64,000 nt of DNA from Myxococcota bacterium (GTDB taxonomy: Bacteria > Myxococcota_A > UBA9042 > PHBI01 > JAWLBL01). The DNA lies in the NCBI GenBank assembly GCA_041687695.1, contig JAWLBL010000011.1:165726-229725 (forward strand), given 5' to 3'. The notes below the pieces were generated by a model. That model was not told the origin of the DNA, ran no database searches, and saw nothing but the letters and a program-made list of their open reading frames with translations. Below are positions 9,118-18,600 of this stretch, piece after piece (the first letter of the stretch is position 1; each line of letters begins with the position of its first letter). Made by a program: the position numbers and the translations under genes.

Positions 9118-10407
9118 ATGTCGTCCATCGTCATCATCGGGGCCCAGTGGGGCGACGAGGGCAAGGGCAAGGTGGTCGACCAGCTGGCCGACCGGGCCGG
9201 GATGGTGGTCCGCTACCAGGGCGGCAACAACGCCGGGCACACCCTGGTCGTCGGCGGCAAGAAGACCATCCTGCACCTGGTCCCGTCCGGGATCCTGCAG
9301 GACGACGTCATCAACGTCATCGCGCAGGGCGTGGTGGTCGACCCCGAACAGATCCTGCGCGAGATAGACGGGCTGCGGCAGGCCGGCTACCTGCGCGACC
9401 CGCGCCAGCTCGTCATCAGCGAGCGCGCCGCCGTCATCATGCCCTACCACATCCAGGTGGACCTCCACCGCGAGGCCCGGCTGGCCGGCGGCAAGATCGG
9501 CACGACGGGCCGCGGCATCGGCCCCGCCTACGAGGACGTCATCGCGCGCCGCGCGGTGCGCATGGGCGACCTCTTGGACGAGGACCGGCTGCGCGCCCGC
9601 CTCGAGCGCGTCCTGCCCGAGCGCAACGCGCTGCTGGCCTGGCTGGGCGGCGATGCGTTCGAGGCCGACGTCCTGGTCGAGCGCATGCTGGCCTTCGGCG
9701 AGCGCCTGCGCCCCCACATCGGCGAGTCGGGGCGCCTGGTCCGCCGCGCGCTGACCGAGGACATGACCGTCCTGTTCGAGGGCGCGCAGGGCTCGCTGCT
9801 GGACGTCCTGCACGGCACCTACCCGTTCGTCACCTCGTCGAGCACCCTGTCGGGCGCGGTGGCGACCAGCGTGGGCCTGCCCCCGACCGCCATCAAGCGC
9901 GTGGTCGGCGTCGCCAAGGCCTACTGCACGCGCGTGGGCGCCGGCCCGTTCCCGACCGAGCTGGACGACGACGTGGGCCGCCGCCTGCGCGACGTCGGCC
10001 ACGAGTACGGCTCGACCACCGGCCGGCCGCGCCGCTGCGGCTGGCTGGACCTGGCGGCCCTGCGCTACGCGCACCGCTTGAACGGCTTCACCTCGCTGGC
10101 GCTGACGAAGCTGGACGTGCTGACCGGGCTCGAGACGCTGAAGGTCTGCGTCGGCTACCGCTGTGGCGACAAGGAGCTGGACGAGCTGCCGGCCGAGGAC
10201 TGCGATCTCGAGATCGCCCAGCCCATCTACGAGACGCTGCCGGGCTGGCACGAGGACCTGACCACGGCCCGCACCCCCGAGGACCTGCCCTACGCCGCGC
10301 GCGAGTTCATCGGCTTCGTCGAGCGGCAGGTGGGCGTGCCCGTCACCGTGGTCGGCGTCGGCCCCGACCGCGAGCACTCCATCGTCATCGGCGACCTGCT
10401 GGGCTGA
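9118..10407 (+). CDS. purA: Adenylosuccinate synthetase
   Basis: GAQWGDEGKGK, GGNNAGHT, GTTGRGIGPAY, EGAQG, TTGRPRRCGWLD. Confidence 0.98.
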   Translation: MSSIVIIGAQWGDEGKGKVVDQLADRAGMVVRYQGGNNAGHTLVVGGKKTILHLVPSGILQDDVINVIAQGVVVDPEQILREIDGLRQAGYLRDPRQLVISERAAVIMPYHIQVDLHREARLAGGKIGTTGRGIGPAYEDVIARRAVRMGDLLDEDRLRARLERVLPERNALLAWLGGDAFEADVLVERMLAFGERLRPHIGESGRLVRRALTEDMTVLFEGAQGSLLDVLHGTYPFVTSSSTLSGAVATSVGLPPTAIKRVVGVAKAYCTRVGAGPFPTELDDDVGRRLRDVGHEYGSTTGRPRRCGWLDLAALRYAHRLNGFTSLALTKLDVLTGLETLKVCVGYRCGDKELDELPAEDCDLEIAQPIYETLPGWHEDLTTARTPEDLPYAAREFIGFVERQVGVPVTVVGVGPDREHSIVIGDLLG

Positions 10408-10417
10408 CGAGGGCGCG

Positions 10418-10446
10418 CGCGACCCGCCGCTCAGGGGCGGGTCGCG
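10418..10446 (+). terminator. GC-rich hairpin downstream of purA
   Basis: 11-bp stem CGCGACCCGCC/GGCGGGTCGCG; no clear U-tract. Confidence 0.45.
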
Positions 10447-10465
10447 ATCCGTTCCCGGGCGGCCA

Positions 10466-10491
10466 GGAACAACCCCGTCAACGCTGGGGTT
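10466..10491 (+). promoter_or_regulatory. Putative ECF (SigR/SigH-type) promoter GGAAC-N18-GTT
   Basis: GGAAC at 10466-10470 and GTT at 10489-10491, upstream of the 10626 gene. Confidence 0.45.
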
Positions 10492-10625
10492 GCTTTCTAC
10501 GTCAGCCCCATCTGATTCGACGACGCCGCCCAGGCCACGAGGCGACCGCGCCCTCCGCGCGTTCGTTGCCCACGCCCGGCACCCGTCCGTCGCCGAAGCA
10601 GCCAACGTCACGAACGGAAGGTGCC

Positions 10626-11414
10626 ATGAGCCACCGCAGCCCGTTCCGCGTCCGCCTCCAGAAGGACAGCCTGAGCGCGCTCGTGCTCCTCGCCGACGCG
10701 CAGATGCCCCACCCGGCCGACGTCTACCGGACGCTGGTCGAGGAGGTCGAGGGCGCCCCCGCCGTGCTCGCCCTGGGCCGCGCGGAGAGCCGCGTGACCC
10801 TCGAGCTCCCCGACGGCGTCGCGACGCTGCACCACACGCCCCACCCGGTGCCCTGGTGCGAGCTCGAGGACGTCGCCAACGAGGCCTGGCACTGGCCCGG
10901 CGCCGAGGAGATCCTGCGCACCCACCGCGGCAGCGTGCTGGTCAACCTGGTGGGCGGCGGCGCCGACCCCATCGCCCGCGCCATCACCCTGTCCCGCCTG
11001 GTCTGCGCCGTGGCGGCGGCCGCGCCGTCCGCGGCGGTCCTGTGGCTGCCCGGCTGCGCGCTGCAGCCGGCCTGCCGCTTCGTCGAGCGCGCGCAGGCCA
11101 TCGATCGCGACGCCCTGCCGGTCGAGCTGTGGGTGCACCTGTACGTCGAGCCGGCCGGCGAGGGCGCGGCCAACCTGTTGACCCACGGGCTGTGGGCGCT
11201 CGGCCACATGGAGATCGAGGTCCACCACGCGGGCGGGGACCTGTGGCGCATCGTCAAGGCGGTCAAGGGCACCGCCCGGGAGATCCTGTCCGGCGACCAC
11301 GACCCCGGCCACGGCACCCTCATCCGGCCCGGCAACGTGCCCATCCGGGTGCTGCACGGCGCCTCGCGCTGGGACCGCGCCGAGTCGGTGATGGTGCTGG
11401 TCATCGGAGCCTGA
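10626..11414 (+). CDS. DUF4261-like domain protein
   Basis: WHWPGA..IL..H, LPVELWV and THGLWALGHMEIE resemble DUF4261 proteins; GAAGG RBS. Confidence 0.7.
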   Translation: MSHRSPFRVRLQKDSLSALVLLADAQMPHPADVYRTLVEEVEGAPAVLALGRAESRVTLELPDGVATLHHTPHPVPWCELEDVANEAWHWPGAEEILRTHRGSVLVNLVGGGADPIARAITLSRLVCAVAAAAPSAAVLWLPGCALQPACRFVERAQAIDRDALPVELWVHLYVEPAGEGAANLLTHGLWALGHMEIEVHHAGGDLWRIVKAVKGTAREILSGDHDPGHGTLIRPGNVPIRVLHGASRWDRAESVMVLVIGA

Positions 11415-12510
11415 GCGCCCGCTCCAGATCCAGCTCGAGCTGCTCGGGCGCGTCCGGGTCCGCGAAGCCCGAGACCGACACGCCGATGAGGCGGACCGGG
11501 CGCTGGGCGGCCTCGGTGGCGGTGCGCAGCAGATCGGCCGCGGTGGCCGCGACGAGGTCGGCGTCGTCGGTCACCGCCGGCAGGGTGCGGCTGCGGGTGA
11601 TGGTGGTGAAGTCGGCGTAGCGCACCTTGAGGGTGACCGTGCGGCCCGGACGGCGCAGGGCGCGAAGGTTCTCGGCGACCTCGCGGGCCTGGGCGCCGAT
11701 GACCTCGACCAGGCGCTCGATCGAGGTGACGTCGCGATCGAAGGTGGTCTCGCTGCCACGGCTCTTCGGCTCGCGGTGGGGCTGCACCGGGCGCGGGTCG
11801 TCGCCGTGGGCCAGGCCGTACAGGAAGCGCCCGTACTTGCCCAGCTCCTGCTCGAGGACCTGCGGCGGGACCTCGCGCAGATCGCCGGCGGTGCGCAGCC
11901 CCAGCGTCCGCAGGCGCGTCGCGGTGGCCGGGCCGACGCCCCACAGGCGCTCGACGGGGAGATCCTTCAGGAAGGCCAGGACGCGCTCGGGCGGGATGAC
12001 CACCAGGCCGTCGGGCTTGTCGAGGTCGCTCGCGATCTTGGCGATGAGCTTGCTCGGCCCCACGCCGGCCGAGGCGGTGAGCTCGACGGCGTCGCGGATC
12101 TCGCGCTTGAGCCACAGGGCCACGCGGCCGGCCAGGGGCTCGCCCAGGGCGTTGTCGGTCACGTCCAGGTAGGCCTCGTCCAGGCTCAGCGGCTCGACCA
12201 GCGGGGTCACGGCGTGGAAGATCGCCTGGATGGTGCGGCTGACCTCTCGATAGCGCTCCATGCGCGGCGGCACGAAGACCAGGTGCGGACACAGGCGCTG
12301 GGCCTGCGCCGCGCTCATCGCCGAGCGGACCCCGAACTTGCGCGCCTCGTAGGAGGCCGCCGCCACCACGCCGCGGCGGCGCGGATCACCGCCGACCACC
12401 AGCGGCTTGCCACGCAGCTCGGGGTGGTCGCGCTGCTCGACCGACGCGAAGAAGGCGTCCATGTCGACGTGGATGATCTTGCGCGGCCGGGCGGCGGCCG
12501 GGGTGGCCAA
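11401..12510 (-). CDS. dinB: DNA polymerase IV (Y family)
   Basis: IIHVDMDAFFASVE, AASYEARKFGV, SLDEAYLD, AKIASD..KPDG. Confidence 0.97.
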   Translation of the reverse strand: MATPAAARPRKIIHVDMDAFFASVEQRDHPELRGKPLVVGGDPRRRGVVAAASYEARKFGVRSAMSAAQAQRLCPHLVFVPPRMERYREVSRTIQAIFHAVTPLVEPLSLDEAYLDVTDNALGEPLAGRVALWLKREIRDAVELTASAGVGPSKLIAKIASDLDKPDGLVVIPPERVLAFLKDLPVERLWGVGPATATRLRTLGLRTAGDLREVPPQVLEQELGKYGRFLYGLAHGDDPRPVQPHREPKSRGSETTFDRDVTSIERLVEVIGAQAREVAENLRALRRPGRTVTLKVRYADFTTITRSRTLPAVTDDADLVAATAADLLRTATEAAQRPVRLIGVSVSGFADPDAPEQLELDLERALRLR

Positions 12511-12573
12511 GGGCGGACGGTCGGACAGTTTCAGGCTCCATGCGAGGCGCCGGTGGTCAGCGGGCCGGCGCGC

Positions 12574-12588
12574 GGCTAGATTCTAGCC
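12574..12588. promoter_or_regulatory. Palindrome in the dinB/MORN divergent promoter region
   Basis: GGCTAGA-T-TCTAGCC, a perfect 7-bp inverted repeat. Confidence 0.35.
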
Positions 12589-12615
12589 CGCACACACCCT
12601 CGGGGGACACACGGC

Positions 12616-14235
12616 ATGAACGAGCGGCGCGTGAGGCGAGTGTCGAGCTATGTGCGGGTGGCCGCCTTCGCGGTGGGCGCGGCCCTGCCCGGGACGGCCT
12701 GGGCGTCGAGCCCCAGCTGCCCCGAGGACGCCAAGCTCGAGGGCGCGCGGCCGCCGCTGGGGACCGAGCAGTGGTGCGAGACGCTGGACTACGACAGCGG
12801 CAAGTTCATGCGCCACGGGCCGGCGGTGCAGTACCACCGGGACGGGTCCAGGAAGGCCGCGGGCGACTACCAGCGCGGCGTGCAGGTCGGCCGGTGGACC
12901 GAGTGGCACGAGGACGGCTCGGTGCGCATCGAGAGCCAGTACGTGGCCGGGGTGCTCGAGGGACCCTACCGGCTGGTCGAGGACGGCGAGGAGACGGTCG
13001 GGACCTACCGCAAGGGCAAGAAGGTCGGCGTGTGGACCGTGCGCAGGGGCGGTCAGGTCGTAGCGCAGGGCGCGTATGCCGACGACGTGCGTGACGGCGA
13101 GTGGACCTTCCGCGAGGACGACGTCCGGCTGACCGGCAAGTACAAGCGCGGCAAGCGGGTCGGCGTGTGGACCTACACCGACGCGGCGAACCGGAAGACC
13201 GCCGAGGGGCCCTTCGTGGACGGGGCCAAGGACGGCGCCTGGGTCGAGTACCACCCGAACGGCAAGCCCCGGCGCAAGGGCAGCTTCCGCAAGGGCCAGC
13301 GGGTCGGGGTGTGGACCAGCTTCGCGCCCGACGGCCGCAAGACCGACGAAGGCGAGATGCGGGGCGAGGAGCCGGTCGGGTCCTGGACCGAGTGGTCGGA
13401 GGGCGGCAAGTGGCAGGTCGGGGCCTACAAGGGCGGGCGGCGGCACGGCAAGTGGACGCTGTACCAGGGCAAGGTGCCCGAGGCCGAGGGCGAGTACGTC
13501 GAGGGGCGCGCGGTCGGCGTGTGGACCTGGTTCGCGGCGGACGGCAAGCCGGCGGCGCGCGGCGAGCTGAAGGACAACGTGCGGGTCGGCGTGTGGAGCC
13601 TGTGGGCGGGCGACGGGGCGCGGCACGAGGGGCCGTACGCGAACGGCAAGCGCCACGGGACGTGGACGGAGTACGCGCCCGACGGGCGGGTCAGGTCGCG
13701 GGGGAGCTTCGCGGACGACCGGCCGGTGGGGCGCTGGGCGTACTTCGGCCCGGACGGCGGCAAGCAAGCCGAGGGCGAGCTGCGCGAAGGCAAGCGCCAC
13801 GGGCCGTGGTCGATGTGGGAGCCCGACGGGCGGCGCTTCGACATCGAGTTCCAGGCCGGCCAGCGGCACGGGGCCTTCGTCGAGCACTACGCCGACGGCA
13901 AGGTGCGCATCCGCGGCCGCTACGACGCCGGGGCGCAGGTCGGCGCGTGGGAGTTCTTCACGCCCGAGGGCCGCAAGGAGGGCGAGGGGCCCCTCAAGGA
14001 CAACCAGCGCCACGGCGCGTGGACGCTGTGGAATCCGGACGGGCGCAAGGCCTCGGGTCCCTACGTGAACGGGCAACGCGAGGGCACCTGGGTGCACTAT
14101 CACGCGAACGGCAAGAGGCACGCCGAGGGCCCGATGCGCGCGGACAAGAAGCACGGGCGCTGGGCCTTCTTCGACGAGCAGGGGCAGCTGGCCGGGCACG
14201 TCGACTACGAGAGCGACGTGCAGGTGAGCCGGTAG
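12616..14235 (+). CDS. Secreted MORN-variant repeat protein (YwqK-like)
   Basis: Signal peptide followed by about 20 G.Y..G.R.G.W repeats. Confidence 0.88.
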   Translation: MNERRVRRVSSYVRVAAFAVGAALPGTAWASSPSCPEDAKLEGARPPLGTEQWCETLDYDSGKFMRHGPAVQYHRDGSRKAAGDYQRGVQVGRWTEWHEDGSVRIESQYVAGVLEGPYRLVEDGEETVGTYRKGKKVGVWTVRRGGQVVAQGAYADDVRDGEWTFREDDVRLTGKYKRGKRVGVWTYTDAANRKTAEGPFVDGAKDGAWVEYHPNGKPRRKGSFRKGQRVGVWTSFAPDGRKTDEGEMRGEEPVGSWTEWSEGGKWQVGAYKGGRRHGKWTLYQGKVPEAEGEYVEGRAVGVWTWFAADGKPAARGELKDNVRVGVWSLWAGDGARHEGPYANGKRHGTWTEYAPDGRVRSRGSFADDRPVGRWAYFGPDGGKQAEGELREGKRHGPWSMWEPDGRRFDIEFQAGQRHGAFVEHYADGKVRIRGRYDAGAQVGAWEFFTPEGRKEGEGPLKDNQRHGAWTLWNPDGRKASGPYVNGQREGTWVHYHANGKRHAEGPMRADKKHGRWAFFDEQGQLAGHVDYESDVQVSR

Positions 14236-14242
14236 GGTCGGA

Positions 14243-15367
14243 TCAGCGCGCGGCCAGGTGCTGCGCGACGTAGTAGACGCGGCCGGTGGGGCCGTCGACG
14301 GCGGCGACGCCCATGCCGGCGCGGGCGACCAGCGGGTCGATGAGGGCCTGGCGGTGGCTGGGGCTGGCCCAGAGCTCGGCGTGGACGGCCTCGAGGGTCG
14401 GGGCCATGGCGACGTTCTCGAAGAAGCGCGCGGTGGACAGGCCGGCGGCGCGGACGCGGTCGAGGGCGTCGCGGCCGCCGGGCAGGCGGTGGGCGACGAC
14501 GCCGGCGCGGGCCATGGCGCGGGCGTGGTCGCGGGCCGTGCGGGCCAGGCGCGGGTCGGCCGACAGGGGGCTGAGGCCCAGGCGCAGGCGCTCGGTGTTG
14601 ACGCGGGCGAGGAGGAGCTCCTCGGGGGTGAAGGCGGCGTCGGCCGGGGCGTCGGCGGCGCGCGGGCCGGGGAGCAGGCGCACGGTAGGCAGGGGCGGGG
14701 CGCCGGCGCCGACCTCGAGCTCGGTGAGGGCGGCGACCTCGAGGCCGCGGGGGCCGCGGACGAGGAGCTCGAGGGCGTAGCGGCCGTCGCCGGCGACGAA
14801 GGGGACCAGGGCCTGCAGGCGACCGCGGCGCAGGGCGGGGCGGAGGGAGTCGATCTGGCCGTCTGGGCGGGCGAGCAGGAAGGTGGGCTCGGCGAAGCCG
14901 CGGCGGAGGCGGCCGGCGACGGACAGGAGGCGCTCGCCGCGCGGGGGGCGGAGCGGGGCGTCGAGGGTGACGAGGCGGCGGACGAAGACGGCGGCGAGGC
15001 GGCCGGGGCCGGCGGCGAGACCGTAGTGGGTGACGCCCTGGGGGACGACCTGGGTGGCGAGCCAGGCGGTGAATTGGGCCGCGGTGGCGGGGGCGTCGGG
15101 GGCGACGACGAGCACCGGGAGGATGAGGCCGTCGTGGACCCCGGCGCCGCGGAGGAGGGCGCGGACGTCCTGCTCGGCGTCGGTGGCGGCGACCAGGGCG
15201 ACGGCGGCGTCGAGGGCGGCGTCCCGGCTGGGCGCGGGCGCGCGGGCGTCGGCGAAGACGGCGGCGATGCGAGCTTGCCAGGGCGCCTCGACGGCCTGGG
15301 GCGAGGGCGGGGAGGGGGCCGCCAGGGACCAGGCGACGAAGCTGAGGGCCAGGAGCAAGGGCGGCAC
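14243..15367 (-). CDS. CAP/SCP domain secreted protein
   Basis: [31 protein letters not shown]. The start is approximate. Confidence 0.82.
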   Translation of the reverse strand: MPPLLLALSFVAWSLAAPSPPSPQAVEAPWQARIAAVFADARAPAPSRDAALDAAVALVAATDAEQDVRALLRGAGVHDGLILPVLVVAPDAPATAAQFTAWLATQVVPQGVTHYGLAAGPGRLAAVFVRRLVTLDAPLRPPRGERLLSVAGRLRRGFAEPTFLLARPDGQIDSLRPALRRGRLQALVPFVAGDGRYALELLVRGPRGLEVAALTELEVGAGAPPLPTVRLLPGPRAADAPADAAFTPEELLLARVNTERLRLGLSPLSADPRLARTARDHARAMARAGVVAHRLPGGRDALDRVRAAGLSTARFFENVAMAPTLEAVHAELWASPSHRQALIDPLVARAGMGVAAVDGPTGRVYYVAQHLAAR

Positions 15368-15585
15368 CCCGGAGCGGAGAGACGACGAGGTTCGGTGGTG
15401 CCGTCCGCCGGGCGCGCGGTCAACAATTTGACCTGGATGGCCGGGGCGCGGCGGCGGGTTTCGAGGGGCCGTGGAGGCTGGTGTCTCCGCCTGGACCCGG
15501 TGCTATAGTCCGCGCGCTTTCGCCCCCTCCCTCCCCAAAGCCCGCGCCCTGCGCGGTCCACTCTCCTCGAGCCGGAGTATCCGTC

Positions 15586-16695
15586 GTGATCATTGGCGTC
15601 CCCTCCGAGATCAAAGTCCGCGAGTACCGGGTCGGCCTCGTGCCCGGCGCCGTCAAGCAGCTCACCCAGGCCGGGCACCGGGTGGTCGTCCAGCGCGGCG
15701 CCGGCCTGGGTTCCGGCATCGAGGACGCGGCGTACGAGCGCATGGGCGCGGAGATCCTGCCGACCGCCGACGACGTGTGGGCCGCGGCCGACATGGTCGT
15801 GAAGGTCAAGGAGCCCATCGCCGAGGAGTACCCGCGGTTTCGGCCGGGGCAGATCCTGTACACCTACCTGCACCTGGCGGCCGTGCCGGAGCTTGCGGCG
15901 GCGCTGATGGAGCGCGGCGTGGCGGCCGTGGCCTACGAGACCATCGAGCTCGGCAACGGCCACCTGCCGCTGCTCAAGCCGATGAGCGAGATCGCCGGCA
16001 AGATGAGCGTCCAGGTCGGCGCGCACTACCTGCAGAAGGAGAGCGGCGGCATGGGTCTGTTGCTCGGCGGCGTCCCGGGGACGGCCCCTGGCCACGTCGC
16101 CATCCTGGGCGGCGGCACGGTCGGCACCAACGCCGCCAAGATCGCGGTCGGGATGGGCGCGCGCGTCACCATCCTGGACCGCAGCCTGGATCGGCTGACG
16201 TACCTGGACGACGTCTTCCTCGGGCGCGCGACGACGCTGCACTCGAACCCCGAGACCATCGAGCACTCGGTCCTGTCGGCCGACCTGGTCGTCGGCGGCG
16301 TCCTCATCGCCGGCGCGCGGGCCCCGCACCTGGTCACGCGTGACATGATCCTGCGCATGAAGCCGGGCAGCGTGGTGGTCGACGTGTCCGTCGACCAGGG
16401 CGGCTGCATCGAGACCTGCCGGCCGACCACCCACGAGAACCCCACCTACATGGTGGGCGACGTCGTGCACTACTGCGTGGCCAACATGCCCGGCGCCGTC
16501 GCGCGGACCAGCACCTTCGCCCTCAACAACGCGACGACCCCCTACGCCCTGAAGATCGCCAACCAGGGCCTCGAGGCCGCCATCTCGGCCGACCCGGCCC
16601 TGCGCCTGGGCCTCAACATCTACCGGGGGCGCTGCACCCACCCGGCCGTCGCCGAGTCGCTCGGGCTGCCCTACGTCGCCCCCGACAAGGCCTGA
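15586..16695 (+). CDS. ald: Alanine dehydrogenase
   Basis: [51 protein letters not shown]. Confidence 0.97.
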   Translation: MIIGVPSEIKVREYRVGLVPGAVKQLTQAGHRVVVQRGAGLGSGIEDAAYERMGAEILPTADDVWAAADMVVKVKEPIAEEYPRFRPGQILYTYLHLAAVPELAAALMERGVAAVAYETIELGNGHLPLLKPMSEIAGKMSVQVGAHYLQKESGGMGLLLGGVPGTAPGHVAILGGGTVGTNAAKIAVGMGARVTILDRSLDRLTYLDDVFLGRATTLHSNPETIEHSVLSADLVVGGVLIAGARAPHLVTRDMILRMKPGSVVVDVSVDQGGCIETCRPTTHENPTYMVGDVVHYCVANMPGAVARTSTFALNNATTPYALKIANQGLEAAISADPALRLGLNIYRGRCTHPAVAESLGLPYVAPDKA

Positions 16696-16868
16696 GTCGA
16701 GACCAAGGGGATTGGAACCGCCAGGACCGCGGGCCGATTCCGTCGGCCCGCGACGCCTCTAAACCACCGACATCAATAGAAAATTTCGCCCTGATGGCGC
16801 CCGGTGAGGGGTGCCCCTCATTGAAACGCCGCCGAGCGTGTCCATCCTTCCGAAGGAAGTCGCCTCGG

Positions 16869-16894
16869 GGAATAGCCCCACCGACCCTCATGTT
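16869..16894 (+). promoter_or_regulatory. Putative autoregulatory ECF promoter GGAAT-N18-GTT
   Basis: Exact match to the SigR-type consensus, about 60 bp upstream of the ECF sigma ATG. Confidence 0.65.
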
Positions 16895-16951
16895 CAAGGC
16901 ACCCGGAGCTCGCAGGCACCCAGTGCGTGCGGGACCCATCAGGAGCGTCCG

Positions 16952-17608
16952 ATGATCTTCTTCAAGAACGCGCGCGCCAAAGGCGAGGACGACGCGACCA
17001 AGGAGGCGTTCAAGCGCGAAGCGCTCGCGCACATGGAGAGCCTGTACAACGCCGCGCTCTACATGACGCGCAACCAGGGCGAGGCCGAGGATCTCGTCCA
17101 GGAGACCTTCCTCAAGGCGTACCGATTCTGGGATCGATACGAGCAGGGCACCAACTGCAAAGCCTGGCTCTTTCGAATCCTGACGAACACGTTCATCAAC
17201 CGGAATCGGAAGAAGCAGAAGATCCATCAGCCGATCGAGGAGACGGTGCCCGAGACGAGCCAGAACTCGTTCTACGAGGCGTCGAGCTTCTACGGCACCC
17301 CGGAGAGCTCCTACCTGGGCAAGCTGTTCCCCAAGCACGTCCGCGAGGCGGTCGAGAGCCTGCCCGAGAACTTCCGCCTACCCGTCATCTTGGCGGATCT
17401 CCACGACTTTTCGTACAAGGAGATCGCCGACATCATGGACTGCCCGGTGGGCACCGTGATGAGCCGCCTGTTCCGCGGGCGCAAGAAGCTCCAGGAGGCC
17501 CTGTTCGACTACGCGCTCGAGCAGGGTATCATCTCGCCGCGCGACGCGCGGGACGACGAGGGCGCCATCTCGCTCGAGGCGTACCGCGAACGCAAGAAGA
17601 CCGCCTGA
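16952..17608 (+). CDS. ECF RNA polymerase sigma factor (SigR/SigH-like)
   Basis: [56 protein letters not shown]. Confidence 0.93.
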   Translation: MIFFKNARAKGEDDATKEAFKREALAHMESLYNAALYMTRNQGEAEDLVQETFLKAYRFWDRYEQGTNCKAWLFRILTNTFINRNRKKQKIHQPIEETVPETSQNSFYEASSFYGTPESSYLGKLFPKHVREAVESLPENFRLPVILADLHDFSYKEIADIMDCPVGTVMSRLFRGRKKLQEALFDYALEQGIISPRDARDDEGAISLEAYRERKKTA

Positions 17609-17719
17609 CGTCCCGTCGCTGCCGGAGTGCAGGTCGTGGACTTGCCTTCGGCCATGCCAACGACTCCGTTGGCTGGTGGCGAGCGTCAGGCCCAGCCCCC
17701 CACCACGCTGACAGCCGGC

Positions 17720-18508
17720 ATGAACTGCGACGACGTACGGAACGGCATCTACGTTTATCTCGATGGCGAGTTCGCTCCCCCGGAGGAGGTCGCCTTCGAG
17801 CGCCACATCGACGCGTGCCCGGGCTGCCGCGCCATGGTGTGCTGCGAGTCCGAGTTCCTGAGCGCGCTGAGGACCAGCATGGACGCCCCCGTGGCGTCCG
17901 AGGCGCTGCGGGCCCGGATCTGCGACGCGCTGGCGCACTGCGCGACCACCGCGCGTGAGGACGATCGCGCCCCGCAAGCGCTGGTGGTCGCCGCGGGCGG
18001 TGGATGGCGTCGCGCGGTGATGCCCACGGCGGTGGCGGCCAGCCTGACGGCGGCCGTCGTGTGGAGCATGGGCGCCGTCGCGGACGCCGACAAGGCGCCC
18101 GAGGTGGTCGACGAGGCCGTGGCCGTGCACGTCAAGGACCTCCCCATGGAGGTCCGCGGGACCGAGCACCAGATCCGCGAGTTCCTGCAAGAGAACGTGC
18201 CCTTCGCGATTCAGCTGCCCTTCCGGGACGAACCGAACGTGCGCCTGGTGGGCGCGCGGCTCACGCAGCTCAACGGCCGCTCGGCGGTCCTGTTCAACTA
18301 CGAGTACCACGGCGAGCGCCTGAGCGTGCTGCAGCTCGCGCAGCCCGAAGGCGACGGCGCCTTCGACCGGGCGGGCTTCCAGGTCGAGGACCGCCAGGGC
18401 TATCGCGTGGTCACCTATCGCCACCGCGGCGTGACCAACTCGGTGGTCGGCCACGTCGGCGAGTCCGAGATGCTGCGCCTCGTGCCGGCCGGGTTCTCGC
18501 CGCGCTGA
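17720..18508 (+). CDS. Zinc-binding (zf-HC2/ZAS) transmembrane anti-sigma factor
   Basis: MNC...YLDGE....FERHIDACPGC (HxxxCxxC), a TM helix and a periplasmic domain; follows the ECF sigma gene. Confidence 0.88.
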   Translation: MNCDDVRNGIYVYLDGEFAPPEEVAFERHIDACPGCRAMVCCESEFLSALRTSMDAPVASEALRARICDALAHCATTAREDDRAPQALVVAAGGGWRRAVMPTAVAASLTAAVVWSMGAVADADKAPEVVDEAVAVHVKDLPMEVRGTEHQIREFLQENVPFAIQLPFRDEPNVRLVGARLTQLNGRSAVLFNYEYHGERLSVLQLAQPEGDGAFDRAGFQVEDRQGYRVVTYRHRGVTNSVVGHVGESEMLRLVPAGFSPR

Positions 18509-18541
18509 AGCTCGGCGGGCACGAAGCCCCCCGCGAAAGAC

Positions 18542-18580
18542 GAAGCCCCGGCCACGCTCCAAGGCGTCGCCGGGGCTTTC
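18542..18580. terminator. Hairpin between convergent genes
   Basis: AAGCCCCGGC...GCCGGGGCTT stem. Confidence 0.55.
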
Positions 18581-18600
18581 GCGTCGCTACGGGCGGGCGA

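Noticed and set aside
12616..14235. Toxin-antitoxin system (YwqK label)
   Set aside because: There is no adjacent toxin; this is a generic MORN-repeat protein.
12583..16641. Long antisense or shadow ORFs (also 3688-7443, 37839-40952, 43103-45919, 46824-50519, 51366-54476, 55751-58417)
   Set aside because: These are stop-poor alternative frames expected at this GC content, and they overlap well-supported genes.
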